A stretch of 64,000 nucleotides of DNA, from NCBI GenBank assembly GCA_037447435.1, contig JBBIGR010000004.1, forward strand, positions 64,001-128,000, in the 5' to 3' direction. How positions within the stretch are numbered: the first letter of the stretch is position 1; the number at the start of each line of letters is the position of its first letter. Of the stretch, positions 9,149-17,664 are shown one piece after another. The notes beneath the pieces are model-generated. The model did not search any database. It was given only the letters and a program-made list of their open reading frames with translations, and was not told where the DNA came from. The translations under genes and the position numbers were made by a program. Origin of the DNA: Fibrobacteria bacterium (GTDB taxonomy: Bacteria; Fibrobacterota; Chitinivibrionia; Chitinivibrionales; FEN-1185).

Positions 9149-10486
9149 GTGGCACGCTCATTAAGTTTTTCAGGAGGAATTTTTCCTCCAAAAAATCTTC
9201 AGAATCCTGAATCCCTTGTTGTCGAGGAACTTTCGCAACCGCCTCGCATTTATTTGCCGTTATTACAACATTCCGGCGCAATTGCAAATGCCGTAGTAAA
9301 ACGCGGGGACCGGGTACGCAGAGGCCAAATTATCGGCGAAATATCCCAAAACCTTTCCGCGGCAATTCACAGTCCTATTTCCGGATCTGTTTCGGCAATA
9401 ACGCCGGTTCAGCATCCGAGCGGAAAACAGGTACTCGGCATCGAAATCGAAAACGACGGTGAAAACACACCTTTCGAAATGACCGGTATGTCAACGCCGT
9501 GGAAAGAAGCAGCACCGCAGGAAATTATTCAGAAAATTCTTTCATGCGGCATCGTCGGCATGGATAATGACGGTTTTCCCATCCACGTAAAACTTTCGCC
9601 CCCTGCCGACAAAGCGATCGATACCCTTTGCATCGACGCGACCCAAAACGAACCGTATGTTGCAAGCGACCTGCCGTTGCTTATCGAGAAAACGGAAGAC
9701 ATTCTAACCGGCGTTCTTATTGCGAAAAAAGTGCTCGGCGCAACAAAGACGATTTGTGCTGCGATGTTCGAAAATACAAGCATGGTCGATGCCTTGAAAA
9801 AAGCGCTTGAAGACGTTCGGTTTAAAGATATTCAGCTCGTGCTCACAAAATCAAAGTATCCCCAGGGTGCTGAAAAAATACTGGTTAAAACGCTTACAAA
9901 ACGAGAAACCCCGATCGGCGGTTCTCCCCTCGATATAGGATGCGTCGTATTGAATGTTTCAACCTGTTATGCAATATTTAATGCCGTTTGCAATGGGATT
10001 CCACTGTATCAAAGGATTGTGACCGTTGCAGGCCCCTGCGTAAAAACCCCAAAAAATCTGCTCGTACCGTTCGGTACGCCGATTTCGTACCTGCTGCGGC
10101 ATTGCGACACCGATATGGCGCGTGTTAAAAAAGTCATTGTCGGCGGACCTCTTCGAGGCCTCGCGCAAGCGGAGGTCGACGTGCCGATCATTAAAACAAG
10201 CACTGCGGTTTTAGCGTTCGATACCTTGACAGAGGGGATCAAACGATTCGATTGCATAAGCTGCGGCAGATGCGTCCGCGTGTGCCCCATGAGGCTCACG
10301 CCGTGTTACCTAATGAAATTTGTCAATATGGATAAAAACGCCGAAGCGATAAACTGGGGTGTTCAAGATTGTATAGAATGCGGCTCATGCTCGTTTGTGT
10401 GCCCGTCAAAAATCAACCTTGTCCATTTCATTAAATTAGGAAAATATCGGGCAGAATCCACTACCTCTACGGTAAAAAAGAATTGA
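9149..10486 (+). CDS. rnfC: Rnf complex subunit C (divergent flavin/NAD-binding motifs)
   Basis: FSGGIFP, LQHSGA, IHSPISG, YPQGAEK; two ferredoxin motifs CISCGRCVRVCP and CIECGSCSFVCPS; first gene of a C-D-G-E-A-B order. Confidence 0.93.
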   Translation: MARSLSFSGGIFPPKNLQNPESLVVEELSQPPRIYLPLLQHSGAIANAVVKRGDRVRRGQIIGEISQNLSAAIHSPISGSVSAITPVQHPSGKQVLGIEIENDGENTPFEMTGMSTPWKEAAPQEIIQKILSCGIVGMDNDGFPIHVKLSPPADKAIDTLCIDATQNEPYVASDLPLLIEKTEDILTGVLIAKKVLGATKTICAAMFENTSMVDALKKALEDVRFKDIQLVLTKSKYPQGAEKILVKTLTKRETPIGGSPLDIGCVVLNVSTCYAIFNAVCNGIPLYQRIVTVAGPCVKTPKNLLVPFGTPISYLLRHCDTDMARVKKVIVGGPLRGLAQAEVDVPIIKTSTAVLAFDTLTEGIKRFDCISCGRCVRVCPMRLTPCYLMKFVNMDKNAEAINWGVQDCIECGSCSFVCPSKINLVHFIKLGKYRAESTTSTVKKN

Positions 10487-10491
10487 ATACC

Positions 10492-11538
10492 ATGACAGAT
10501 TCAAACACAACATTGGACAATTCCGGCGCCTTGCTTCACCTTTCAACGAGCCCGCATATCCGACATACCGAAGCGGTCGGTTCCATCATGCTGTCGCTTG
10601 TTTTGGCGCTTATCCCGGCCTGCATCGCCGCATTTTTCATTTTTGGGATATCGGCTTTTTTGGTTATCGGCGTGACCATCGTCGCCAGCGTGGGCACCGA
10701 AAGCGTCATTCAATGGCTTACAAAAAAGAAACAATCGATACGCGATTTAAGCGCCGTGGCAACGGGATTGCTTTTGGCGCTGACGTTGCCGCCGCATTGC
10801 CCCCTCTGGATAGCGGCAATCGGCGCCGTTTTCGCAATCGCGCTCGTTAAAATGCCGTTCGGCGGCCTCGGACATTCGCTTGTCAATCCTGCGTTGGCAG
10901 GCCGGACGTTTTTGCTGCTATCGTTTCCTGCGGCGCTTACGAAGTATACGGCACCGTTGCACGGATCGATTTTCGGCTTGCCGCATCCGCTCGACGGCGT
11001 CACCGCGGCAACCCCTTTGGTCTACTACAAAAACGCGCTTTTAACGGGCGTTTTCAACCCTCTTGATCTGCAGGACACGTTGCCGAATTTATTTTGGGGC
11101 AACGTCGGCGGGAGTCTCGGGGCAACGTCGACGGTGGCCCTGTTCGTCGGCGCGATGTTTCTCTTCTATAAAGGCATCATCCGATTCAGGATTTCATTGT
11201 CGTTCATCGGAACCGTATTTCTCCTTTTCTGGATTTTCAATAAAACCGGCGGTTTTTTCACGACCGAAGCATTGATCGTCCCGATGTATCAAATCATGTC
11301 GGGCGGATTGATACTGGGCGCTTTTTTTATGGCAACCGACCCGGTTACCTCTGCCGTCACCCAAAACGGGAAATTCCTCTTCGGGATCGGATGCGGAGTC
11401 CTGACATTCCTTTTTCGATCCTTCGGCAGTTTTCCCGAAGGCGTCGGATTTGCCATTTTGCTCATGAATATCTGTGTGCCCCTCATAGACCGGTTTTCCA
11501 GACCCAAACGTTTCGGCGAGGTAAAAAAACATGAATGA
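10492..11538 (+). CDS. rnfD: Rnf complex subunit D
   Basis: SPHIR, FGGLG...NPALAGR, DGVTAATPL (FMN-Thr motif), FFMATDPVTS, PEGVGFAILLMN. Confidence 0.95.
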   Translation: MTDSNTTLDNSGALLHLSTSPHIRHTEAVGSIMLSLVLALIPACIAAFFIFGISAFLVIGVTIVASVGTESVIQWLTKKKQSIRDLSAVATGLLLALTLPPHCPLWIAAIGAVFAIALVKMPFGGLGHSLVNPALAGRTFLLLSFPAALTKYTAPLHGSIFGLPHPLDGVTAATPLVYYKNALLTGVFNPLDLQDTLPNLFWGNVGGSLGATSTVALFVGAMFLFYKGIIRFRISLSFIGTVFLLFWIFNKTGGFFTTEALIVPMYQIMSGGLILGAFFMATDPVTSAVTQNGKFLFGIGCGVLTFLFRSFGSFPEGVGFAILLMNICVPLIDRFSRPKRFGEVKKHE

Positions 11539-11722
11539 CGTCGTTAAATCGATACTTTCGATTTCGTTCATCGCCATGGTGTGCGGTCTCATTGCCGCTC
11601 TGTCATTTAATTCCGTCAAACCGGACCCGGTATTTTGCATCGGCAATTACAATGCGCATGTAACGCCCTCATTCACCTTGGATTCCACACCGCCTCAAGC
11701 AGGCATGGGAGCATCGCAATGA
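11531..11722 (+). CDS. 63-aa membrane peptide at the rnfG position (RnfG N-terminal anchor only)
   Basis: Single TM helix ILSISFIAMVCGLIAALSF like RnfG N-termini; overlaps the rnfD stop by 8 nt and shares ATGA with the rnfE start; no FMN-binding domain. Confidence 0.7.
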   Translation: MNDVVKSILSISFIAMVCGLIAALSFNSVKPDPVFCIGNYNAHVTPSFTLDSTPPQAGMGASQ

Positions 11723-12309
11723 AAAGCGATTTGAAAGATTGGTTTGTCAATAAAAACCCCGTGTTTACCATGGCCATGGGACTGTGTCCGGCAATTGCGG
11801 TCACGACGAATTTGAAGAATGCCGCAGGAATGGGGTTTTGCACGCTCTGTGTGCTCGTCGCGTCGAACGCTACCGTATCAATCGCCAGGAAATGGATCCA
11901 TTATAAGGTCCGGATTCCCTGCTATTTGCTCATCATTTCAATGTGGGTTACGATTGCCGATATTATCCTGAGCGCAAATTTCCCGGTGCTGCGCCAAAAT
12001 CTTGGAATTTTCATTCCGCTTATTGCGGTCAATTGCATAATTCTCAACCGATCCGATTCATTTGCATCCAAAAACAAACTGAAAGACTCGATATTCGACG
12101 CATTAAGCACGGGTTTCGGTTTTTTTCTGGTCCTTGCCATATGCGGTTTCATCCGCGAACTGGTAGGATCGAATAAAATCTTGGGACTTACGAGCATAGG
12201 GCATTTTCAAGGAATTCAGGCATTTTCCTATGCATGCGGGGGCTTTTTCTGCTTTGCATTGCTTTTTGCGGCGCTAAATGCCTACAGAACGGCGGGTAAA
12301 CACCAATGA
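11719..12309 (+). CDS. rnfE: Rnf complex subunit E
   Basis: ATG 11719 with SD GGGAG; NPVF...GLCPAIAVT, VRIP, LGIFIPLIAVNCII, IRELVG. Confidence 0.95.
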   Translation: MKSDLKDWFVNKNPVFTMAMGLCPAIAVTTNLKNAAGMGFCTLCVLVASNATVSIARKWIHYKVRIPCYLLIISMWVTIADIILSANFPVLRQNLGIFIPLIAVNCIILNRSDSFASKNKLKDSIFDALSTGFGFFLVLAICGFIRELVGSNKILGLTSIGHFQGIQAFSYACGGFFCFALLFAALNAYRTAGKHQ

Positions 12310-12929
12310 TTCCATTTCAATCCGTTTTAGAAACCTTCGTTTCTTCGATGCTTGTCAACAACATCGTTTTTATCCTGATGATCGGGGTTTGTCCCTTTTG
12401 CGCCCTGCCGAAAAAAATGTCGCAATCGCTGGGAATGGGATTCACGGTTGTCGGCGTCATGGCCGTCGCCGGTGCTGTCGGTTACGCACTGAACCGGTAT
12501 ATTCTAATGCGCAACAATCTGTTTTATCTTCAGACAATGGTCTTTATCCTGGTCATCGTCATTATCGTACAGCTCATCGAATTACTGGTCGAAAAATTCT
12601 GGCCGTCGGCATACGAATCGATCAGTTCGTTTCTCCCTTCGATTACGACGAATTGCGCGGTACTTGCGGTATGCATCATGGCGTGCAACACATTGTCGAA
12701 CCATAATCAGGCATCCTCGTTCGCAAAATCGACCGTTGTCAACATCGGTTGCGGATTCGGGTATTTACTCGCCGTTATTCTGATGGCGGGCATCAAACGA
12801 AAACTCGAAATGACCGAAATTCCAAGGCCGTTCAAAGGCCTCCCTATCGCCCTGCTGTCCGCAGGACTGGTATCCATGGCTTTTATCGGTTTTTCCGGAT
12901 TCACTTTTACCACACTGTTCGGAGGATAA
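12306..12929 (+). CDS. rnfA: Rnf complex subunit A
   Basis: VNNIVF...GVCPF, SLGMG, ITTNCAVL, IPRPFKGLPIAL...MAFIGFSG. Confidence 0.95.
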   Translation: MIPFQSVLETFVSSMLVNNIVFILMIGVCPFCALPKKMSQSLGMGFTVVGVMAVAGAVGYALNRYILMRNNLFYLQTMVFILVIVIIVQLIELLVEKFWPSAYESISSFLPSITTNCAVLAVCIMACNTLSNHNQASSFAKSTVVNIGCGFGYLLAVILMAGIKRKLEMTEIPRPFKGLPIALLSAGLVSMAFIGFSGFTFTTLFGG

Positions 12930-12933
12930 CGCT

Positions 12934-13953
12934 TTGGGCATTTTTCTCCCCATTGTTTGTTTGGGATTGTTAGGGCTTGCTTTCGGGCTCTTGGTTTCAA
13001 TTACAACTAAACGAGTATCGGTTTTCTCAAATCACACCATTCAAAAAATCAAAGACGCTCTCCCTAATGTCAATTGCGGGGTTTGCGGATATGCGACCTG
13101 TGCCGCATTTGCAAAAGCCGTTGCCGAAGGAAAGAAAGAACCCACGGGATGCATACCCGGAGGCGCCAAAAGCGCGCATGCTATCGGCGATATTCTCGGT
13201 ATCACCGTCACCCTTTCCGAACCGCATATGGCCATTGTAAAATGCAAAGGCGGCGATAAAGAAGCCGCAATGCGCTGCGTATACGATGGAATTCACGACT
13301 GTCATGCGGCAATTTTGGCGGGAAACGGTCCCAAAACCTGCGTCGACGGCTGCTTAGGACTCGGCAGTTGCGTCAAGGCATGTCCCTTTAACGCGCTCTC
13401 CATCAACGAAAACAATGTCGCTGTTGTAAACCCCGACGCCTGTACCGGATGCGGTGCGTGCGTCTCGGTATGTCCGCGCGGCATCATAGATCTCATCCCC
13501 ACGGTACACAAAATCTACCTCGCCTGCTCGAACCACGACCGCGGCGCCAGGGTAAAGAAATATTGCGAAGTCGGATGCACGTCGTGCACGCTTTGCGTCA
13601 AATCGACGCCGTCGGACGCGATCACGATGGTAAACAATCTCCCTGTTCTCAATTATAAAGCTTTGGAAAACTTCGTCGTTGCGGCGTATTCATGCCCGTC
13701 GCATTGTTTTGTGGACCTCGTTAAACATCGTCCCAAAGTGAATATCGATGCAAAATGCGACGGTTGCACGTTGTGCGTGAGCTCATGCCCCACAACGGCG
13801 ATATCCGGAGAAAAAGGCATGCGCCACGTGGTAAACAAAGAAAAATGTATCGGATGCGGGTTATGTTTAAACCGATGCCCGGTCCACGCGATTGCCATGT
13901 GGGGCGGACTCGGTTATGCCGAAGGCAGCAGAAAACGACGAGCCCGTATCTGA
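12934..13953 (+). CDS. rnfB: Rnf complex subunit B (polyferredoxin)
   Basis: TTG start with GGAGG SD; N-terminal TM; LPNVNCGVCGYATC...CIPGG; several CxxCxxCxxxCP motifs. Confidence 0.94.
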   Translation: MGIFLPIVCLGLLGLAFGLLVSITTKRVSVFSNHTIQKIKDALPNVNCGVCGYATCAAFAKAVAEGKKEPTGCIPGGAKSAHAIGDILGITVTLSEPHMAIVKCKGGDKEAAMRCVYDGIHDCHAAILAGNGPKTCVDGCLGLGSCVKACPFNALSINENNVAVVNPDACTGCGACVSVCPRGIIDLIPTVHKIYLACSNHDRGARVKKYCEVGCTSCTLCVKSTPSDAITMVNNLPVLNYKALENFVVAAYSCPSHCFVDLVKHRPKVNIDAKCDGCTLCVSSCPTTAISGEKGMRHVVNKEKCIGCGLCLNRCPVHAIAMWGGLGYAEGSRKRRARI

Positions 13954-13970
13954 TCGATCGAGGAAAAACT

Positions 13971-15212
13971 TTACCCGGCAATCCCCTTTTTTCTGAGAAT
14001 ATCCCCGCAGCAAAGAGCGGGTTCCGTTTTGCAATATACAAGCCTGTTTGTTTTTGCACAGCCGATACGGTTGCCGTTTGCGTCGCGCAAATCAACAACG
14101 GTGGCGTCAAACGGTTCCGATCCGATTTTTCCCGGTAAAACCGATACGGTGTCTTCGAGGTTAAACGGATTCTTCACGTCGACGATAGGCCCCTTTTCCC
14201 CTTGTATTTCACGGACCACGCCGACGACCCTGTAGTCTTTTCCAAGGCGCTCGTTGCGTATGTCCTGTAAAATCATTTCCGTTCCGTAAAATCCGGTCGT
14301 GTACGGTCTGTGGTCCAATCGTTCCAATTCCTCTTTCCACGACGCTTTAACGGAATATTCTGTTCGGTTCATTTGCATACTGTCTAATGCGGCCCGGTAC
14401 ACCGAAACGACCGATGAGACATAATGGACACTGCGGTTACGGCCTTCTATTTTCAACGAAGAAACGCCGCTTTCGACAATGCGATCGAGAATCGGCAATG
14501 CATTCAGATCTTTGGAATTCAATACATACGCGGTTTTTTCATCGATGTATTCCTCTATTGTCAAAAATTCCTCCGAGGGCGGGCCCGATTGAAACACGGG
14601 CGCTATTGAATATTGCAAACGGCACGGTTGCGGGCAATCGCCGAAATTGGGGTGGCGCATTCCCCTGTACGCACCGAGCAAACAACGCCCCGATACGGAT
14701 ACGCACATGGCGCCGTGGACGAAAACTTCGGTCTCTACCCCCGATTGCTTAGTAAGAAAGGCGATCTGCGCCACGGTCAATTCTCTGGGCAAAATGACCC
14801 TGCGTATCCCCTGCGCGGCCCAAAACCGCGCGCTTTCGGCATTGAAAGTGCCGGTCTGCGTACTTAAATGTAAAGGAATATCGGTATGTTTTTTACAAAG
14901 GGAAAACACGCCCGGGTCGCTGACGATATAAGCATCGACGCGATGGGGCAGTTTGTGGATTGCCTGCACGATTGCCGCAACGTCGCATAGCATATCGTCG
15001 CTCGGCATCACATTGAGGGCGCCGTACACTTTTTTTCCTTTGTCATGAGCCATGCTGCAAAGGTCCGCAATTTCCGATGCGGAAAAATTGATACTGTGTG
15101 CGCGCAAATTTAAATTGCCGCAACCGGCATATACGGCATCCGCGCCATGGTCGAACGCAGCTTGCGCAACGCTGAAGGAAGCCGCGGGTGCCAACAATTC
15201 GGGTAGTTTCAT
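13971..15212 (-). CDS. U32 family peptidase-like protein (TrhP/YegQ-like tRNA hydroxylation family)
   Basis: PELLAPA, GADAVY, HLSTQ, EVFVHGAMCVSVSGRCLL, CPQPCR, SLKIEGR, RPYTTGFY. Confidence 0.9.
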   Translation of the reverse strand: MKLPELLAPAASFSVAQAAFDHGADAVYAGCGNLNLRAHSINFSASEIADLCSMAHDKGKKVYGALNVMPSDDMLCDVAAIVQAIHKLPHRVDAYIVSDPGVFSLCKKHTDIPLHLSTQTGTFNAESARFWAAQGIRRVILPRELTVAQIAFLTKQSGVETEVFVHGAMCVSVSGRCLLGAYRGMRHPNFGDCPQPCRLQYSIAPVFQSGPPSEEFLTIEEYIDEKTAYVLNSKDLNALPILDRIVESGVSSLKIEGRNRSVHYVSSVVSVYRAALDSMQMNRTEYSVKASWKEELERLDHRPYTTGFYGTEMILQDIRNERLGKDYRVVGVVREIQGEKGPIVDVKNPFNLEDTVSVLPGKIGSEPFDATVVDLRDANGNRIGCAKTNRLVYCKTEPALCCGDILRKKGIAG

Positions 15213-15220
15213 TGGGATTA

Positions 15221-15679
15221 TTATTCTTTTGATTTTACCGTATTGGAAGCGGTTGCCGAATCTTTTGCTTGGGGCTTTTTAAGCATATCGAGGATGCCCT
15301 GTTCATAGGCGGCTTTTTCACGCAAACCAAGTAAGAATAAAACCACGGCCTTGTCTTTAATGAAAAATACGGCCGGAATCGAGGAAACGCGGAAATAGGT
15401 GGCCAATTTCCGGTTTCTATCGATATCCACTTTCATGATTTTTATTTTACCCGTATATTTTTTTTTCAATTCATCAATCGTCGGACTGAGCATTTTGCAC
15501 GGCATACACCAGGTTGCGGAAAAATCGATAATGACCGGGACCGGCGATTTGATGATCATATCGGCAATGAGGTCGGAAGAATCCATGGGTATTTGTCCGC
15601 CTGCTTCGGGAGGCGGATTCTGGGCATTTCCAAGTGATAAAAAGCAAAACAGGAAAAGGATTATCGTTTTAAATTTCAT
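15221..15679 (-). CDS. Exported thioredoxin
   Basis: Signal peptide MKFKTIILFLFCFLSLGNA; DFSATWCMPCK; SSIP cis-Pro loop. Confidence 0.88.
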   Translation of the reverse strand: MKFKTIILFLFCFLSLGNAQNPPPEAGGQIPMDSSDLIADMIIKSPVPVIIDFSATWCMPCKMLSPTIDELKKKYTGKIKIMKVDIDRNRKLATYFRVSSIPAVFFIKDKAVVLFLLGLREKAAYEQGILDMLKKPQAKDSATASNTVKSKE

Positions 15680-15691
15680 TTCGACTCCGTA

Positions 15692-16513
15692 TTAAAACAT
15701 TTTTCCGATATAGGTTAATTTCAATTCGCGTCCCCACCCTATTCTTTCGCCGGAAAGGGATATCTTATTCTGCAACATGTCCTTGACGTCGAATTCGATG
15801 CAAAAAGCGCTCGTTACAAACCAACGGAGCCCGACGTTAAGATACCCTTTCAACGGGTTTGCATATGTTATATGTAAAGAATCGCCGCCCGCGTCTTTGG
15901 CGTTTAAGGCGCAATCGTATTCAAGCGCGGCGGTGAATTTTTCATTGAATCCGGCATCGATTCCCCCGTAAACGTTCGGCCATTTAATCGGATCGCATTC
16001 TTCCAGAGAATAATTAATTCCGCCGTGCAACCCTATTTGCAACGCGGTCAATAGAAGGTAATTTTTGCTCATTGCCAGGAAAAACCCGGGAGACTTGTAC
16101 ACGTACCCGTTATAATCGATATCGACGCCGCCGGTCCCCTGATGATCGTAGCCGATCGCAAACGCAGGCCAAAAATATGATTCTTCGATTATCCTGATTT
16201 TAAAAATGGCCCCGATATGCGGATTAAACCGCGGCATTTCCCGTCCGATAAATCCGTCCCCGCCGTAACCGATGCCGATATTGATACGATCGGTAAGCGC
16301 CGCAAGCAGGTTCAAGGTCACGCCGCTGCCGCTGACGCTTTGATTGCCGTTGGGATAGGTTTGGCAACCGAGTGCAAAATATCCCCGCGACAAAATGCCT
16401 GCGGTATGACAATCGATGAGTTTTAACGGTTGTAATGTTTCTTTTTGGCAATAGGCGACAAAAACAATGGAAATTGCGGCGAGCGCCGCTTGGACAAAAC
16501 GCTTTCCTTTCAC
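15692..16513 (-). CDS. Probable outer-membrane beta-barrel protein (YjbH-domain-like)
   Basis: Signal peptide, LIDCHTAGIL, alternating aromatic/Gly strands, YLNVGLRW, C-terminal Phe. Confidence 0.55.
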   Translation of the reverse strand: MKGKRFVQAALAAISIVFVAYCQKETLQPLKLIDCHTAGILSRGYFALGCQTYPNGNQSVSGSGVTLNLLAALTDRINIGIGYGGDGFIGREMPRFNPHIGAIFKIRIIEESYFWPAFAIGYDHQGTGGVDIDYNGYVYKSPGFFLAMSKNYLLLTALQIGLHGGINYSLEECDPIKWPNVYGGIDAGFNEKFTAALEYDCALNAKDAGGDSLHITYANPLKGYLNVGLRWFVTSAFCIEFDVKDMLQNKISLSGERIGWGRELKLTYIGKMF

Positions 16514-17646
16514 GACTTCTCCTTACTGGACCTTGATTTTCGCAATTCGTTCATTTTCCTGATTTCATTCTTTTTCTTGCAATGTTCCTCATTGGTCATC
16601 GAAAAATCGTGGGCGCCGGTACCGTCCCATTTTGCGACGAAATACAGGTCCTTGGTTTGCGCGGGCTGCATCGCTGCTGCAAGCGAAGCAAGTCCCGGCG
16701 AACAAATGGGTCCCGGAGGCAATCCGGCATATTTTCTCGTATTGTAAGGCGTATCTTTTGCGAGTTCCGACACGAGGAGCGGTCCGTTGAATTTCTTAAG
16801 CGCATAGCGAATGGTCGGATCCGCGCCGAGAGGAATGTGTTTATCGAGACGATTATGGAAAACGCTTGAAATATGGGGCCGCTCGGAAGCCAACGCGGCT
16901 TCCCGCTCGACAATTGACGCCAATATGACGTACTCATGGGGAGTCAGCGAGGCATGCGCCCCGTCGGGAGCTTGGACGGGAAGCGTTTTTACCTTTTCCG
17001 CAAATTCCTGCGTCATGCTTTTAAGAATTTCCCAAACCGAAACATCAAAAGGAAATCGATACGTATTCGGAAATAAATATCCTTCCAAGGTAGGCGCTCG
17101 GACATGACAAAGCATAACAACGGCGCTATCGCGGCATTGGCGTACGAATTCCGCGCTGTCGACATTCAGCGCCGCGGCAAAGATAGATGCGGTTTGCTCG
17201 ATGGTAAGCCCTTCGGGGATGGTGACCGAAACATCGACCGGGACCGCATGCTGTAATTTTTCAGTGGCGCTTACAATGCCTTCCCCGGAATAAAACGTAT
17301 ATTTCCCCGCCTGAATCTTCTTTTCCTCTCCCCGGTATTTGACCCATAAGACAAAAACGGCGGACGACGGCACGACGTGCTTTGCAGCCAATAATCTGCC
17401 TATGGCATGGAGCGAGGTGCCTTTTTCAATGGTCACATCGAGGGGTTCTTTTCCCACGTTCATCGGCACGAATAAATACGCGACAAGCCCGGTTAGCGCC
17501 AATACCAGTATCGCAAAAGCAATCAGCAAGCGTTTTGTTGTTTGCATAAAACGTATCACCCATAGGATAGCGTAAAATGTATAGCCCAATGCACCGAGTA
17601 TATACAAAGCTCCGGTAAACCAGGCCCGTTTAATAAATGATATCAT
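16510..17646 (-). CDS. mltG: Endolytic transglycosylase MltG
   Basis: TIPEGLT, LEGYLFPNTY, LASIVERE, VFHNRL, ADPTIRY, PYNTRKYAGLPPGPICSPG, LYFVAK. Confidence 0.95.
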   Translation of the reverse strand: MISFIKRAWFTGALYILGALGYTFYAILWVIRFMQTTKRLLIAFAILVLALTGLVAYLFVPMNVGKEPLDVTIEKGTSLHAIGRLLAAKHVVPSSAVFVLWVKYRGEEKKIQAGKYTFYSGEGIVSATEKLQHAVPVDVSVTIPEGLTIEQTASIFAAALNVDSAEFVRQCRDSAVVMLCHVRAPTLEGYLFPNTYRFPFDVSVWEILKSMTQEFAEKVKTLPVQAPDGAHASLTPHEYVILASIVEREAALASERPHISSVFHNRLDKHIPLGADPTIRYALKKFNGPLLVSELAKDTPYNTRKYAGLPPGPICSPGLASLAAAMQPAQTKDLYFVAKWDGTGAHDFSMTNEEHCKKKNEIRKMNELRKSRSSKEKS

Positions 17647-17664
17647 AGTATTCGTTTTGACAAA

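Noticed and set aside
11635..11718. N-terminal extension of rnfE in the ORF track
   Set aside because: Family similarity and the SD point to ATG 11719; the extension overlaps the mini-RnfG and shows no RnfG motif.
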